DNA of 64,000 bases from NCBI RefSeq assembly GCF_006345805.1, contig NC_043007.1, positions 46,004,001-46,068,000 on the forward strand, read 5' to 3'. Below, in pieces: positions 42,949 through 56,148 of the stretch. Each line of letters begins with the position of its first letter. Position 1 is the first letter of the stretch. The stretch comes from Octopus sinensis (taxonomy: Eukaryota). The notes under the pieces were generated by a model. The model made no database searches and was not told where the DNA came from. It saw nothing but the letters and a program-made list of their open reading frames with translations. Both the position numbers and the translations under genes were made by a program.

Positions 42949-43368
42949 CAACATCTTGAAGCGTTAAACTGCAAAACATTTGGGTTTAAATATATTAAGC
43001 CGTCATTCCTCTTCTCGACGCTCTTCCACTTTTCTTTTATGTATTTTTCTCCACTCTGATGAAGCTCCATGTTCCAAATCGAACGTGTTACAAAATATGG
43101 CGAATATCATTCTCAGAATTATCAATGGCAACACCGTGGGACATTGGAAGAAGAAACGGCTAGTAGATGGGATAAAGTATTGTATAAAAAATAATAATCG
43201 AGGTTTCTTCATTTGCTGCTTAATTTAAATTTGATTCCTGATAAACTCCTGTTTGTCTTTATCATTGCCTGTATCCTATGTTAACATACATAGGTAACAT
43301 ATACCGGTAGTAAAACGGATATTCTTATCCCTAAGACGGTTATTCTAACCGATAACTCTACTAAATTA

Positions 43369-43770
<402 letters not shown>

Positions 43771-44697
43771 ACTAATATATGTTAGAAGCAGTGTGATTTG
43801 ACGTTTAGATATTTACTTCAATTCGTTTATATTTCGCTCCTTACTATTATTCACGTCTTTTCCGTCTGTGATCTTTTTCCTTTTCACTTTTTACTTTAGT
43901 TATGTCAATGTACTTTTCTTTTTGTATTCACCCTCGTGGTTCTTGATGCAGTTGTTGGAATTACTGTTGTTGTTGTTGTAGCTGTTCTTTGCGTTGCTGT
44001 AAAATGTATCTGGTTTGAAGTTGTATGTTATTGTTGCTATCGTGTTTCTTTCCTGCCAAGATCATAATTACATTTAAAACATTCAGTTGATATATTTTGT
44101 ATCGTTTTCTTTTTTTATAATTTATTCTCTACGGTATATAAATGTTGATACCATATATATATGTATATATATATATATTATATATGTATACACAAACACA
44201 CACACGCGCACCCACACACAGAGAAACACATACGAGTATAGATATGTAGACAATCAGTATAATTGGTAGTTCATCCATTTTTCATATGAAGGATACTCAA
44301 AAGAGTTTCTTTTTTACATTTTTATAACTGCACATTTGGTACATATATTCGTATGTGTATAATCCATCAAACTATATCTATCTATCTCCGTATATATAAA
44401 TATATCATGTATATATGTATACACACACACACACACGCACACACACACACGCACACACACATACACACACACACATATATATATATATACACTATATATA
44501 TACGCATACGTATAAATATTTATGTGTATATGCACGTATATATATATGTACTAATGTATTTGTAAGCATATGTATCTGTGTATGTACATATAAATCTATC
44601 AATGGATGTGTGAATGTAGCCTCCGGTATACATTCACATATATGTGATGACATTTTGCGATGCTTCTATTCTTTTATTCTTTGTTATCTCTGTAATT

Positions 44698-44742
44698 CTT
44701 CTTCTTCTTCTTCTTCTTCTTTTTCTTCTTCTTTTTCTTCTT

Positions 44743-44822
<80 letters not shown>

Positions 44823-44870
44823 TAGAGTAGTAGTTGTGGTGGTAGTAGAAGTGGTAGTAGTAGTACTGTA
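44698..44870. repeat. Compound (CTT)n(TAT)n(GTA) microsatellite
   Basis: Direct reading. Confidence 0.95.
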
Positions 44871-44906
44871 TAATGTTAATTTCTAATTATTGCAGACATA
44901 AAGATA

Positions 44907-44944
<38 letters not shown>

Positions 44945-46693
44945 TATATATATATATATATATATGTGTAGCTTTCCAGTGATATTATTTTTTAATCATC
45001 TTACGCTAACGCATATCTTAATAAATATTTAAGGATAAAAAAACAGGGCATATATATTTTATGATTAATTCTTGTTATATACACTTTGTCTTCTCTGGAT
45101 GTACACACACAACTGTGAAGAACATACACAAGAAGATAAATAGACAGACAGTTGGAGAGAAAGAGAGCAGGTGAGAAATAATGAATGTGTGGGAGTTAGT
45201 GGGATGAAAAATAGGTGAAATTTTTGTGTGTGCCACCAACACCAGAGTCAAGCGGTGATGATGCATAAATTAAGTCAGAAACACACACACACAATGCAAA
45301 CTTCCATACATGCATACACACACACACACACACACACTCATGTAATAACATACGCAATTTTCGTTGACTATTTTTCATTCCCCTACGTCATTTTCATTTT
45401 TCACTTTCTCATGAGGAGACATACTCGAGATATCACACCTGCATCTTTTTTTTTCAATCTTAAACTGAACCTCAACCTAATAGACCCAATGTCTACGTCA
45501 TTTTGACGTTTGTGGTTTTTGTGTTTAATTTTATTTTTGACTTGCCTACACACACACACAGACCCCCACGCACAGGCACACAAACACAGGCACACGACAC
45601 ACACATACGCATTTTACCAGAAATGTTCAAGCGGTTTCTTTTTTCTAACATTTAGTAATTAATATTTATTGTTTGTTTAAAACACGCATTACGAAATTCT
45701 GTATATCCATCTTCATTGCTACACAATTGCCCTCTCACCTTTAATATGAAGTAGTTTCTTAGTTGTGTTGTTTTCATTACGGTGTCATTATAACGGACAA
45801 AATATAGTTGTAATACTCAAACGGTGACTATCGTCCCAACAGTATTTGAAATGTTAACGATAATAAGTAGATATCCCAGTGTTTTTTTCATCTAATTAAT
45901 TGTATGTTGTTGATGATTGAACTGATTATACGATATGATTGCAATGACTATCTGTATAAACTTGAATACTCTAGCATATATGCCCAGAATAATAATCATC
46001 CGATGCAAACGTTTCTTGAAACCACTACACCACAAACGTTTCTCACACAGATACACGAGGGAATTGTAGTTTATTAGTTAAAAAACGTGTCATCGGTGGT
46101 AATTGTTTACAATTTACACCTAAGGGTAGCAGTTATTTTAAGGGACGGGTATTAATCGATTATATCGATGCTAGTACATCTCAAGTACAATATTTCATTG
46201 ACCCCCTGAACAATAAAGTGCATACTCAGCTTAAAATGGATTAAATAACACAAGGTTTTGCTTATAAACGATTCTTTTGAGCTATCGATGTCATTATAGT
46301 TTATTGCCATGCGGTGAGGGATACTATACAATGTAGTGTCTACATGATAATACAAGTAGCTGAAAGTAGCAACTATATCTCCTCTAATTCATACACTGAA
46401 AGATTTAAAAAATAAGAACACATCCCATAATGTACATTAAGATTACATTATGCCTGACAACATAGTATTAAAAGGCTCCGACAGACTGTGAGATGAATAA
46501 ACAGTGTAATTAGTTAAAGAGCTAAAGAAAAAGAAATCCCAATAGTCGAGAAAGTTTCGCTCAATCTCGTTCATTTGCATTGCTCTTTCGTATTTTAAAT
46601 TTACTGTGGTATCAAACAGTCACTGTACATATAAATATACTATAGCTTGTGTGATGTAGTTTTCTGTAAAGGTTTCTTCCTGTAATACCGTGA

Positions 46694-46978
46694 AGGCACG
46701 TGGCTAAGTCATTAGGGTATTTGGGTTACGATTGTAAGGTTACTAGTTCGATAATCGTTGGGCCCTTAAGCATGACACTTTATTTCCCGTTGCTACGGTT
46801 CACTCAGCTGGTATAAGGAGCTGTGTCTATAAATCAGAAGGCCAGTCTTTTCATATCTTGTGCCATGTTGAAGCTGTGTATGTCGATTGTTCAGCGACTT
46901 GCGCATTAATTTCATGAGCAGCCTGTTCCGTTCATCAGATCGGCTAGAAAACTCGTCGTCATAACCGACGGTGTGCCA
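46694..46978 (+). mobile_element. tRNA-derived SINE, family C, degenerate
   Basis: Head GGCACGTGGCTAAGTCATTAGGG..GTTCGAT, core CCTTAAGCATGACACTTTATTTC..CACTCAGCTGG, tail CGTCGTCATAACCGACGGTGTGCCA. Related to 55975-56148. Confidence 0.65.
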
Positions 46979-48756
46979 ATGTATACATTCTGCAAGGTCT
47001 GTGGAATCACTCAATGCGGTTGGAACACCCGGCTTTCTCAAAGTCCTTTTACACCGTTGTATCGCGTATGTTATGAACACACATTTGAAGGGAATAGGTA
47101 TTTTCAGATGATGTTAAACAACCGCGATCCGATATATACGTGTGAATCGGTCACAGTATGCCAAGAATGAATAGGTACGTTATTGTACGGATTCTGTTCT
47201 ATGTGCACCCCATGAATTATCTGTTTGGCAGATTAAAGCGGGCAACAGCAAATAATCTGTATGCTGATTTCTATAAAGTAAATTTCGTGCTCTCGTTAGA
47301 TTCGCCCGTCCCGTGCGGCAGCTTTCAATAAGTACATACACAACGAAATGAGAAGTACATGCTGTCTCAAAGTCTCATTATATTGGCGAATTGAGTTTTA
47401 TGATCACACAATCAAAAAAGCAAAGAGATTTTCATGATGAAAGAACAGTGATCCGATATTCATATCCGAATGTGCCAGAACATTTTAAGAATGAATACAT
47501 ACGTTTTTTTTTGTTTCTTATTGTCCTACGTGCAATTCATGATTTATTATCCTCTTCATATGCTTTAATCAGATGCAGAAGAGATCGATTGTGTCTTTAA
47601 TTATCTCCGTTCTTGATAGATTAAATTTAATGAAATTTACTTCACTGAAGTCAAATAGCTTTGGCATCACAAATTTGTAGTAACTGAAAATCATTGTTAA
47701 ATTCATTATTTAATATCGTTGAAGACGGTGGAAATGGTTGAAAGAGGAACTACCTACTTTGTCGCATATGTATTCTGCTAATTCGGTTATTCAACGAATG
47801 CCCCTAGGTCACTGTGTCTGCATTAGTTTCAGTGTTGGTAAATTTAATATAATATAACGCTTCACTATAATCGCAGATTAAATATAATGGTCCAATTTAA
47901 TATGGGGATAATTATACAAATCATATCACATTTGGAAGAAGAATTGACTTTTGCATGACATCAGCTTTCATTGTTTCTTTCTAAGTGGCTGATTTGATAA
48001 CATATCTCCCTCATCTGCCAAAAAGTTGTGTTTCGTGTCCAAACGCAAACAGTCGCTGACATTTAGGAGCCGAGTTTGGAAAGAAGTCAATTTTGCTGAA
48101 CAGATAATAGAATTTCACAGAAGAAAGTTATATGTTGTACACTATAGTACTGTAATTTGTATTTCATATACCTGAAGCTACTCGAATTTAAGATATATAT
48201 TAGCATTCCCAACTCTGCATATATATATTAGTATTTACTTTGTCATACGATACGATATGTGTTTTTAAAAAATTAAATTCTATAGTTTAGGTAACACTGG
48301 ATATTTGTTACTTTGTAACTTCTCCATTTTATTAGATGGACGGAGTTCAAAATGTTGTACATTTGCAATGTAGAATTGATTAAAAGACCCGTACGCATTT
48401 GGTTTTACGGCTTCTTTAAAGTAAGCTATTCTGTAGGAAAGCAATGATTTTATCGTAATCCTATTATGTATAACCCGAGGCATTATTTGGAGCTGTTAAC
48501 GCAACACCTAAATTGAAATCTCTGGAAATTTTGTTGCACCTGTCGTTCTTAGAAACGTGTATTTGAAGTATTCTTCTGTTGTTTTGATAATTTAAATTGC
48601 AAGTCATTTATTAACGTTGACATCCTAATTGTCAGGAATTTCACAAAAGCGAACAGCTATGCGGTAAATTGTCTTAGAAACTCATTATTTACTCAATTCA
48701 CACATTTAGTTATATTTCTCTGTCAGTCCTTGATTGGTTATGCGTGAGAAAGTAAT

Positions 48757-49200
48757 TTGGCTGTGTGGTAAGAAGTTTGCTGCCCAACCACATGGACCCG
48801 GGTTCAGCCCGCACTACGTAGCAATTTGAGCAAGGCCGATCGAAGCCTTGTGAGTGGATTTGGTAGGCTGAAACTGAAAAAAGTAAGTCGTATATGTGTG
48901 TGTCTTTGTGTGTGTGTGTGTGTATTTTTGTGTGTGTGCGTGTGTGCATGTGCCCATGTGTGTGTGTGTGTGTGTGTAATTTATGTATTTGTGTCTGTGT
49001 TTGACCCTACAGCTGCTCAGCAACTAATGTTGGAATGTTTACACCCTTTAACTTAGTAGTTCGACAAAAGAGAGCGATAGAATTAAGTACCAAGCTTAGA
49101 AAAAATAAGTACCGGAGGTGATCGGTTCGACTAAAATCCCCCAAGGCGGTTCCCCAGCAGGGCCGCTGCCTAAATGCTGTAATGAATAAAAGATAAATGA
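48757..49200 (+). mobile_element. tRNA-derived SINE, family B
   Basis: TGGCTGTGTGGTAAGAAGTTTGCTGCCCAACCACATGG..GCCTTGTGAGTGGATTTGGTAG, internal (TG)n, CCCCAGCAGGGCCGC tail. Confidence 0.88.
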
Positions 49201-49216
49201 TAAAATATACATTATT

Positions 49217-49358
49217 TACATTATTTACAATTAACTGATATTTGTCATCATCGTGTTTGTTGTTAACACAACGTTTCGGCTGATATACCCTCCAGCCGAA
49301 ACGTTGTGTTAACAATAAACAAGATGAGGACAAATATCTGTTAATCGTAAATAACGTA
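49217..49358. repeat. Foldback: 66-bp inverted arms around a 10-nt loop
   Basis: Arms 49217-49282 and 49293-49358 have 6 mismatches; the innermost 22 bp (TGTTAACACAACGTTTCGGCTG) are perfect; the loop is ATATACCCTC. Confidence 0.95.
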
Positions 49359-50105
49359 CATAATTCCTCATCTCTTTAATATAGAACAGATAAAATATAC
49401 TTGATATCTTTATCTTTAAAATCTAATCTCGCTAGTACATCACTACTTTTCACCTCTTCTGTATTTATAATTAATAATGAAATCAGACGTTTCGTATCTA
49501 ATTAACGCCTGCGTATCTAGAACTCATTCAACCAAACAGCTGCTGATAATTTTGCGATTACTATTATTTCTTCACTGTTCTTGGATTAATTGTTCCTGTA
49601 AATTCTTAAGAAATAGCAGCACTTTTACTGTTTTTCATATTATATTAAATAAAATAAATCAATGAATATAATAAAAGATATTATTACTTGTAATTGCAAA
49701 AGAAATATCACGACCGGGCGAGATTATTGGATTTGAGAAATACAGCATTCATATAACTTATGCATCAACAACAGAATAATTTCTCAGTTTGTTGAAACTG
49801 TTTAGTCAATTGTTACATGTCGTTGTGAAATATACAGTGTTTCTGCAATTACGCGAAGTTCATCATTTTAGAGAAGTATCACTCAGAAAACAACAGCGGT
49901 TATCTGTTCCTTTTAGTTACGCATTGACCTCAGTTATAATTTGATTTCGTTCCATGAGTGTTGTTGCTGTGTAGCTCTAGAGGATGTTTGAACGAGTAGA
50001 CTTATGCTTGATCTGTTCCAGTTGTAAGTTTCACGTTTTATTTTCAGACATGAGGTATCCTGGAGTTTTACATTATCAATGTTCCCTTTCTTTACTGTAT
50101 GAATG

Positions 50106-50249
50106 TTGAATACCATTTAAGAGAGAATTGGCTGTTATATTCTCTACACAGAAATACAAAGTGTATGCATCTGGCTTGAATACCATTTAAGAGAGAATTG
50201 GCTGTTATATTCTCTACACAGAAATACAAAGTGTATGCATCTGGCTTGA
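50106..50249. repeat. Perfect 70-bp tandem duplication
   Basis: 50106-50175 = 50176-50245, with TTGA microhomology continuing at 50246-50249. Confidence 0.95.
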
Positions 50250-51631
50250 TGCAACATTTTTCTATGATTATTTAAAAAGCAACGCCGTGTTCAGATTAAA
50301 TTCTCAATAAAATTATTTTATCTTCTTGATATAAAAATAATGATATCCATCCACTTTTAATAAAGCACTTCATTTCGAAATGATTTTATATAACAGAGAA
50401 TATTCAGTTAAGTGATAGAGACAGAGATATCCACATATCTATAATCTTGAATCCATATAGCTTCATAACATTTTACTATGTAACTATGTATTATCATTGT
50501 AAATGAATAATGTATGAAACGGTTTTACTGCAGAAAATTCTAGACATCATTTCCCTGATGCTCTGAATATTTCTACCGATATGAATAATTAGCAGCGTAC
50601 TCGCAGCTGTCCTGCAAGCAGGTTGTTCGCACTGATTGAAAAATTGTTTCTAACAAGAGCAAAAATAATGGATATGTCTGTACACAATATAAATGAGAAG
50701 ATCATGGATCCAACTAAGAATTAACTGATGTCAGGCATGGAACCATCTACTTATAAAACTTATGTTGTCATATTTGTGTTTCTTATCAAAATATCAACTG
50801 ATTTATAGCTATATCTTTATTAAGTCAAAATTTCTATGATTCATAAAGTGGGTAGTGTACACATTTACTTGTTTGTCCTTTATGACCACCATTTGAAAGT
50901 TTATTTGCTATCTAGGATGTAAAATTTAACATTATTTTAATAGGTTATTATATTCATATACACCTCCTGTACTAGTTGTCTTCCCTTAACTGTAAAAAAA
51001 GTTATAGCAGTTTGTCTGTCAGTATTATCTATTTATTTATTCTTATTTATGTTGTGTTGAGAAGCTGCAGAAGACCAGAAGCGGCCACTTATACGATAGT
51101 CTTCTCTCCCGCACCCTTTATTTACTAGTTCGTTCTCTTCTTTATTTACACATCTCTTGAAACGGTTTTAACTTTTGCCCTTGCTTCAAATGTAATTGAC
51201 CGATTGTCACGATGGATAGACTTTGGTCAATCCCATTGCGGACAAGAGGTGGTGTTCTCTACAACATTTCAGTAAGTATGCTATTGTAAGAACCCTACGG
51301 TTTTGTTTTGGATAAATATCAACTAGCCCTATTTATGATAACATAAGTGCTATTCTCTTTCTAGGCATATTAGTAACTTTCTTGTCTTATTTTAGTACTA
51401 ATTTCATTTCACAACTTTTCAAACATCCTGGTTCCCTCCTTTATATAGAAATAACCCGTAAATATTTCCCTAAACCACCGCTAGATCATTCTTTTGCCGA
51501 TCGACTTCGAAGCTCTTCGCTGGAAGATGGTAAGATTTTAATATATTGAGCCTCCTGGCTTCTTCTCGAGGCCATTTTCCTTCCTATAGCCTTTTCCCTT
51601 TGTTGATTTTATTTGATACATTTGTATTCAC

Positions 51632-52680
51632 TCTGATGAAGCTCCATGTGCTAGAGCGAATATCCTATGACGATGACGAATATTATTTTCGTAATTCTTT
51701 CGTAGCCACCGACTGGCATTGGAATCCGAAATGGCCGTAAGAATTGTTATGTCACAGAAATGTTATGTCATGTTTTACATTAGAAAATTATCTACAGGTC
51801 AGATTAATATGCCCCAATAAGTAAGATTTAGGTAAGCTCAGTAAAGCAATTCTAGATAAGTATATACCTACCCTTAAGAAAAAGATTAAACTCGATTCTT
51901 AAAAATATTAAACACAATTCTGAATTTAGATTCCACCTCCACCCAAAACAACTACCTACATTTAATACAAATTAAGCCATTCCTCCTTAATATAACAAAA
52001 TTACCCCTTTTACAAATGCCAGATACGTCAATCACGAACTTAATTAAGAACACAGAGGACCATTATTCAATCACAATGTTATGACCCCAAAAAACTAATT
52101 CAAAGTTTTAATTTTTAGTTTATTTTCCTCTACCTATTATACTATGGATACGCTTGTTCGCATTTGCTGTAATCTGGACTTAATTCCCTACCAATATATT
52201 GGTCTACCTCCACTTAAAATAGATCCTAATAGTCCTACCCACATAGGAACAACATTACCCCCAGTAGAATTTATCTTATTTTATTGAACTCAGTATTACC
52301 TTTCCACACTATAGATTGTATAGATCTGTATTTGGACACTACTGTAGTTGATTTCACATGAGATATTGGTAAACTCGGGTTTATTTTGCTGGGTTGAAAG
52401 TGTAATTTGTTGGTGGATCTAGTATGGCTGCAAGGGTCAATATAATTAAATTTATTGATATGAACAATCTAACTTTTAGGTTAATGTAATACATGTTAAG
52501 TAATATTTAATCAACTGTAGATGATTTTGTAATACAAAACATGACATAACATTTCTGTGACAACAATTCTTACGGCCGTTTCAGCTTCCCAATGCCAGTC
52601 GGTGCCTACGAAAGAATTACGAAAATAATATTCGTCATCTTCATAGGATGTTCGATCTACTACATTGATCTTTATCAGAA
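51632..52680. repeat. About 165-bp inverted repeat pair carrying decayed hammerhead motifs, about 717-bp spacer
   Basis: 51632-51797 matches the reverse complement of 52515-52680 (GATGACGAATATTATTTTCGTAATTCTTTCGTAG.CACCGACTGGCATTGG..GAAA.GGCCGTAAGAATTGTT..GTCACAGAAATGTTATGTCATGTTTT). Confidence 0.92.
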
Positions 52681-53110
52681 GCTCCATGTATATATACACA
52701 CATGTATAAACTTTCTTGGAAATGCATAAATATATGAAACAGATCATGTTTCCGGATTTACTGGTAGTCTCATCGAGCACCACATGTATACAGGAATATG
52801 TATATTATTATTAGTTCTATTATCCAGGCTCTAAGCTTTTATATTGCCATTAGTAGTGATATCACTAGGTTTACGCCGGTAGTATTTTGAGTTGCTACTA
52901 CAGGTTTTATTACTGTTGTCTTCACGGTTAGTGGGTTTGTCAGCATCATTCATCATTCGTTCAGTTCCCCTCGTTGTTCGACCTGTTGTGTTTCTGTTAT
53001 TCTTATAGTATATATGTACATATACATAAACTTACTTGGAAATGGGCGCGTGGCGTTCAATTAAATAATAATATAAATAATATATATATTATATATGTAT
53101 ATATACACAA

Positions 53111-53141
<31 letters not shown>

Positions 53142-53179
53142 TATATATATATGTATGCATATATATGCATGTATGGCTA

Positions 53180-53612
53180 TAGGACGTCACCAACTGTGTA
53201 AACAACATGAAGTACAAAAACAAACGAGGTAAATACGCAAACAGCGAGACAAAAAAGGGAAAGCAGGACAAGTAGCACAAAGACAGTCCCTTCATTAGTT
53301 GTCGGCATCCTATCTACTTCTCATTTCGAGCATTTAACTACAATATGAGTGGTGGAAGACATTGCTCCCATAAATTCCAAAATAAAATTTTGGATTCGTG
53401 GAGGGTCAAATTGGGAACAAAACAGGAGAGTAGAGACATACAAAAAAGCATAATGAAAAAAAAAAACATGGAGGGCCGTTAGACCAGAACGAGATGAAGA
53501 TTGTGAACTTTGGGAAAAATATTTTCTTTGAAAAGAGAAAAGGTAGAAGAGAGAGATAGAAGGCGCCCAGCCCTTAGAACGTCTTGTTGTTTACACAGTT
53601 GGTGACATCCTG
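53180..53612. mobile_element. 433-bp MITE-like element with about 28-bp TIRs
   Basis: TA|TAGGACGTCACCAACTGTGTAAACAACA ... TGTTGTTTACACAGTTGGTGACATCCTG|TA: TA flanks and no coding capacity. Confidence 0.8.
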
Positions 53613-53912
53613 TACTAATATATGCATACAGTTTTATATATATATATATAAAATATATGCATATATATACATACATACTAACACACACACACACACACAC
53701 ATACACACACATATATATATATATAAATGGATGTGTGTATTTTCCCTTGTTTATAATTAACATGGGAAAATAGATAAACAGTTATCAGGGCAGTACAAAA
53801 TCACTCAAGTAATAAGGAAGTAATATCGTTTGTAACGGTAGAAACTCGGGTTAATGTGAAATATTTTGTATAATATATAAATAAATAAATGGAGTTATTC
53901 AAATTCTTTTAC

Positions 53913-53997
53913 TTCCGACATATGCTTCGAAGTCAACATTGGTATTATTCCAAAAGAATAAAATGGTGTAAAACAATGTAACCTTCTCATCAGGGAA
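53913..53997 (-). ncRNA. Hammerhead ribozyme motif, paralog of 15239-15320, with A15.1-to-G change
   Basis: Reverse complement: TTCC-CTGATGA-GAAGGTTACATTG...CAATGTTGACTTC-GAAG-CATATG-TC/GGAA. Confidence 0.6.
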
Positions 53998-55444
53998 TGA
54001 AAGAAACCAAACCCATCAATAAGGCATTTTAACAGAATGTGATGGATGTGTACAATGATGAACGAAAGGCTATTATGTTTGTTTTTTTAAACAACGATAG
54101 AATATGTAACGTCAAATGTTGTCTTTAGAAAGAGAAGTGGTAAAGGAAAGAAATAAGCAGAAGACTAATAAAGGAGAAATACAGAACGGTATGTGAATTA
54201 AAATAAAAGCTTAAAGGCTTGGAAAAAGATAAATCTAGTGGAAGTGAAATGTAAGAAGAAAATCAGTGTTCAAATTATATATAAGGGTATATATCACTTA
54301 TATGAACAAATGGTATTTTTTCTGCCAATGTTTACATCGATAAACACGCCGCTCTATAACCATGTTATAGTGCTCTACAATGAGAATAATACTGAAATAC
54401 ACAAGTTGCATCTTATGATTCGAAAAGCTATTTTGTAATGAATATAAAAGGAATTAATATAACACCAATAAAAAAGAAAAAAAATATAAAATATAACCTT
54501 AATAATACTAACCTATGTTTCTGAAAAACAGGATCATGCATAACACTACAAAGCACCGACGAAAAGTTATTCAGTATATACGATTTTTGGAATTAAACTT
54601 TTGATTTTGTGATAAGGTTGCATTTAGTATGAAATGCATGGCGCAGAAGTAACGTTGCTTCGCATATTGATGGAGTGTTAAATTTAACTTAACAAATTGG
54701 AAGTTGTCTGAAGCACATATTACTACATATGTACAATTAATGTTTATTTTAATGTACATTTAGTATCAAAAGCAAGAACAAAATTTATATTTATTGAATA
54801 TATATTCATCTGTCAGTCTCTCATGAATTCATTTCTTAATATTGCAGATAAATGTTTTCAAAAATGTTTTATCTATATAATTTTTATTATATTTCCTATA
54901 AGTTGTATTGCTTTAACAATGAGTAAAATGTATTGCAAATTTCAAAATGTTTCCTTACATTAGTTTATTATTTAAGCATATCATCTGGCTCCACTACTTC
55001 TAATTTAATATCCGTTGTGTTGATTTCCGTATGATTTCGGTAAAATTCTCCATTTCGCATATAATGATTTTGCTATAGATATGTCTACATTATTAGATGC
55101 GTCGCTGTAAAACTTAAATATTAAATTTAGTGTATTAAACAGTAGTTAATCATGAGCAGCCTGATTAGCTACATTTTGTATAAGCTAAAAAGGTATACAT
55201 ATACATACATATACACACACACACACATGCACACATGCATATACACGCACGCACAGAGAGAGAGCGAGAGAGAAAGAGAGAGAGAGAGAGACATATATAT
55301 CATAAAAGCAATCTTCATATCCAACTAAACAGAGATGCCTTGTTAGAACAAGGCTAATAATGCAGTATTCTGTATTCCAACTAGGCATCCATGTTTAGTT
55401 GGATGAAAAGATAATATTTTGGTATTAATACTGCTTCCGTCGCC

Positions 55445-55503
<59 letters not shown>

Positions 55504-55514
55504 TAATAATAATA

Positions 55515-55768
55515 AATGAAGATGGTGAAAATTGTGTCAATTATTGTTGGGTTCAGTATCAGAAGGCTTCTAGAAAAATATAAAGGAAATTGGAATAGAG
55601 TGCTCAGTAGAACTGTCACAAGAGGTTTGCCTTCTTGGCACAGCCAGAATAATCTGGAAAGTATTACATACCTGAAAAGAACGAAGAGCATGGTACCGTA
55701 GGCTGAAAGTAGTAAACCCGATATGCATACAAAACTCCAGGAGCTCCAACAAAACCTGTGATAAAGAG
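55515..55768 (+). mobile_element. R4/Dong-like retrotransposon extreme 3' end (third subfamily) in (AAT)n
   Basis: VSIIVG..LEKY..EIGIECSVELSQEVCLLGTARIIWKVL.* parallels the IIVGALG..LLGTAHNLRRTL C-terminus at 32220-32364. (AAT)n at 55446-55514 and 55768-55800. Confidence 0.75.
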
Positions 55769-55974
55769 ATAATAGTAATAATAATAATAATAATAATAAT
55801 ACACACACACAATATATATATATATATGATGGACTCTTCCATCGTAAGACGACAATTTCTTACCGAACAATTTCTTACCGACAATTTCTTACCGAACAAA
55901 CACACAGATGATTTGTTTATAGTAATCAAATGTTTGTGTAGACATAAGCTCACTCTTTCCATCAGATCGACATT

Positions 55975-56148
55975 ACCTGTACAGGTGCAAGGGGTTCCAT
56001 ATGTCAGATGTCAGATACCGGAATGATCGCAGAGCAACCTGAGATGAAGTGCTTTGCTCAGGAACACAGCGCAACGCCCGGTCTAGGAATCGAACCGAAG
56101 ATCTAGTAATCTTGAGTGCAACACCGTAACCATTAAGCCATGAGCCTT
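55975..56148 (-). mobile_element. tRNA-derived SINE, family C
   Basis: Reverse complement head GAAGGCTCATGGCTTAATGGTTACGG..GGTTCGATTCCTAGACC..TGTGTTCCTGAGCAAAGCACTTCATCTC. Confidence 0.75.

Noticed and set aside
46900-46940. CTGATGA..GAAA on the minus strand
   Set aside because: Lies in a SINE tail and no helices form; chance match.
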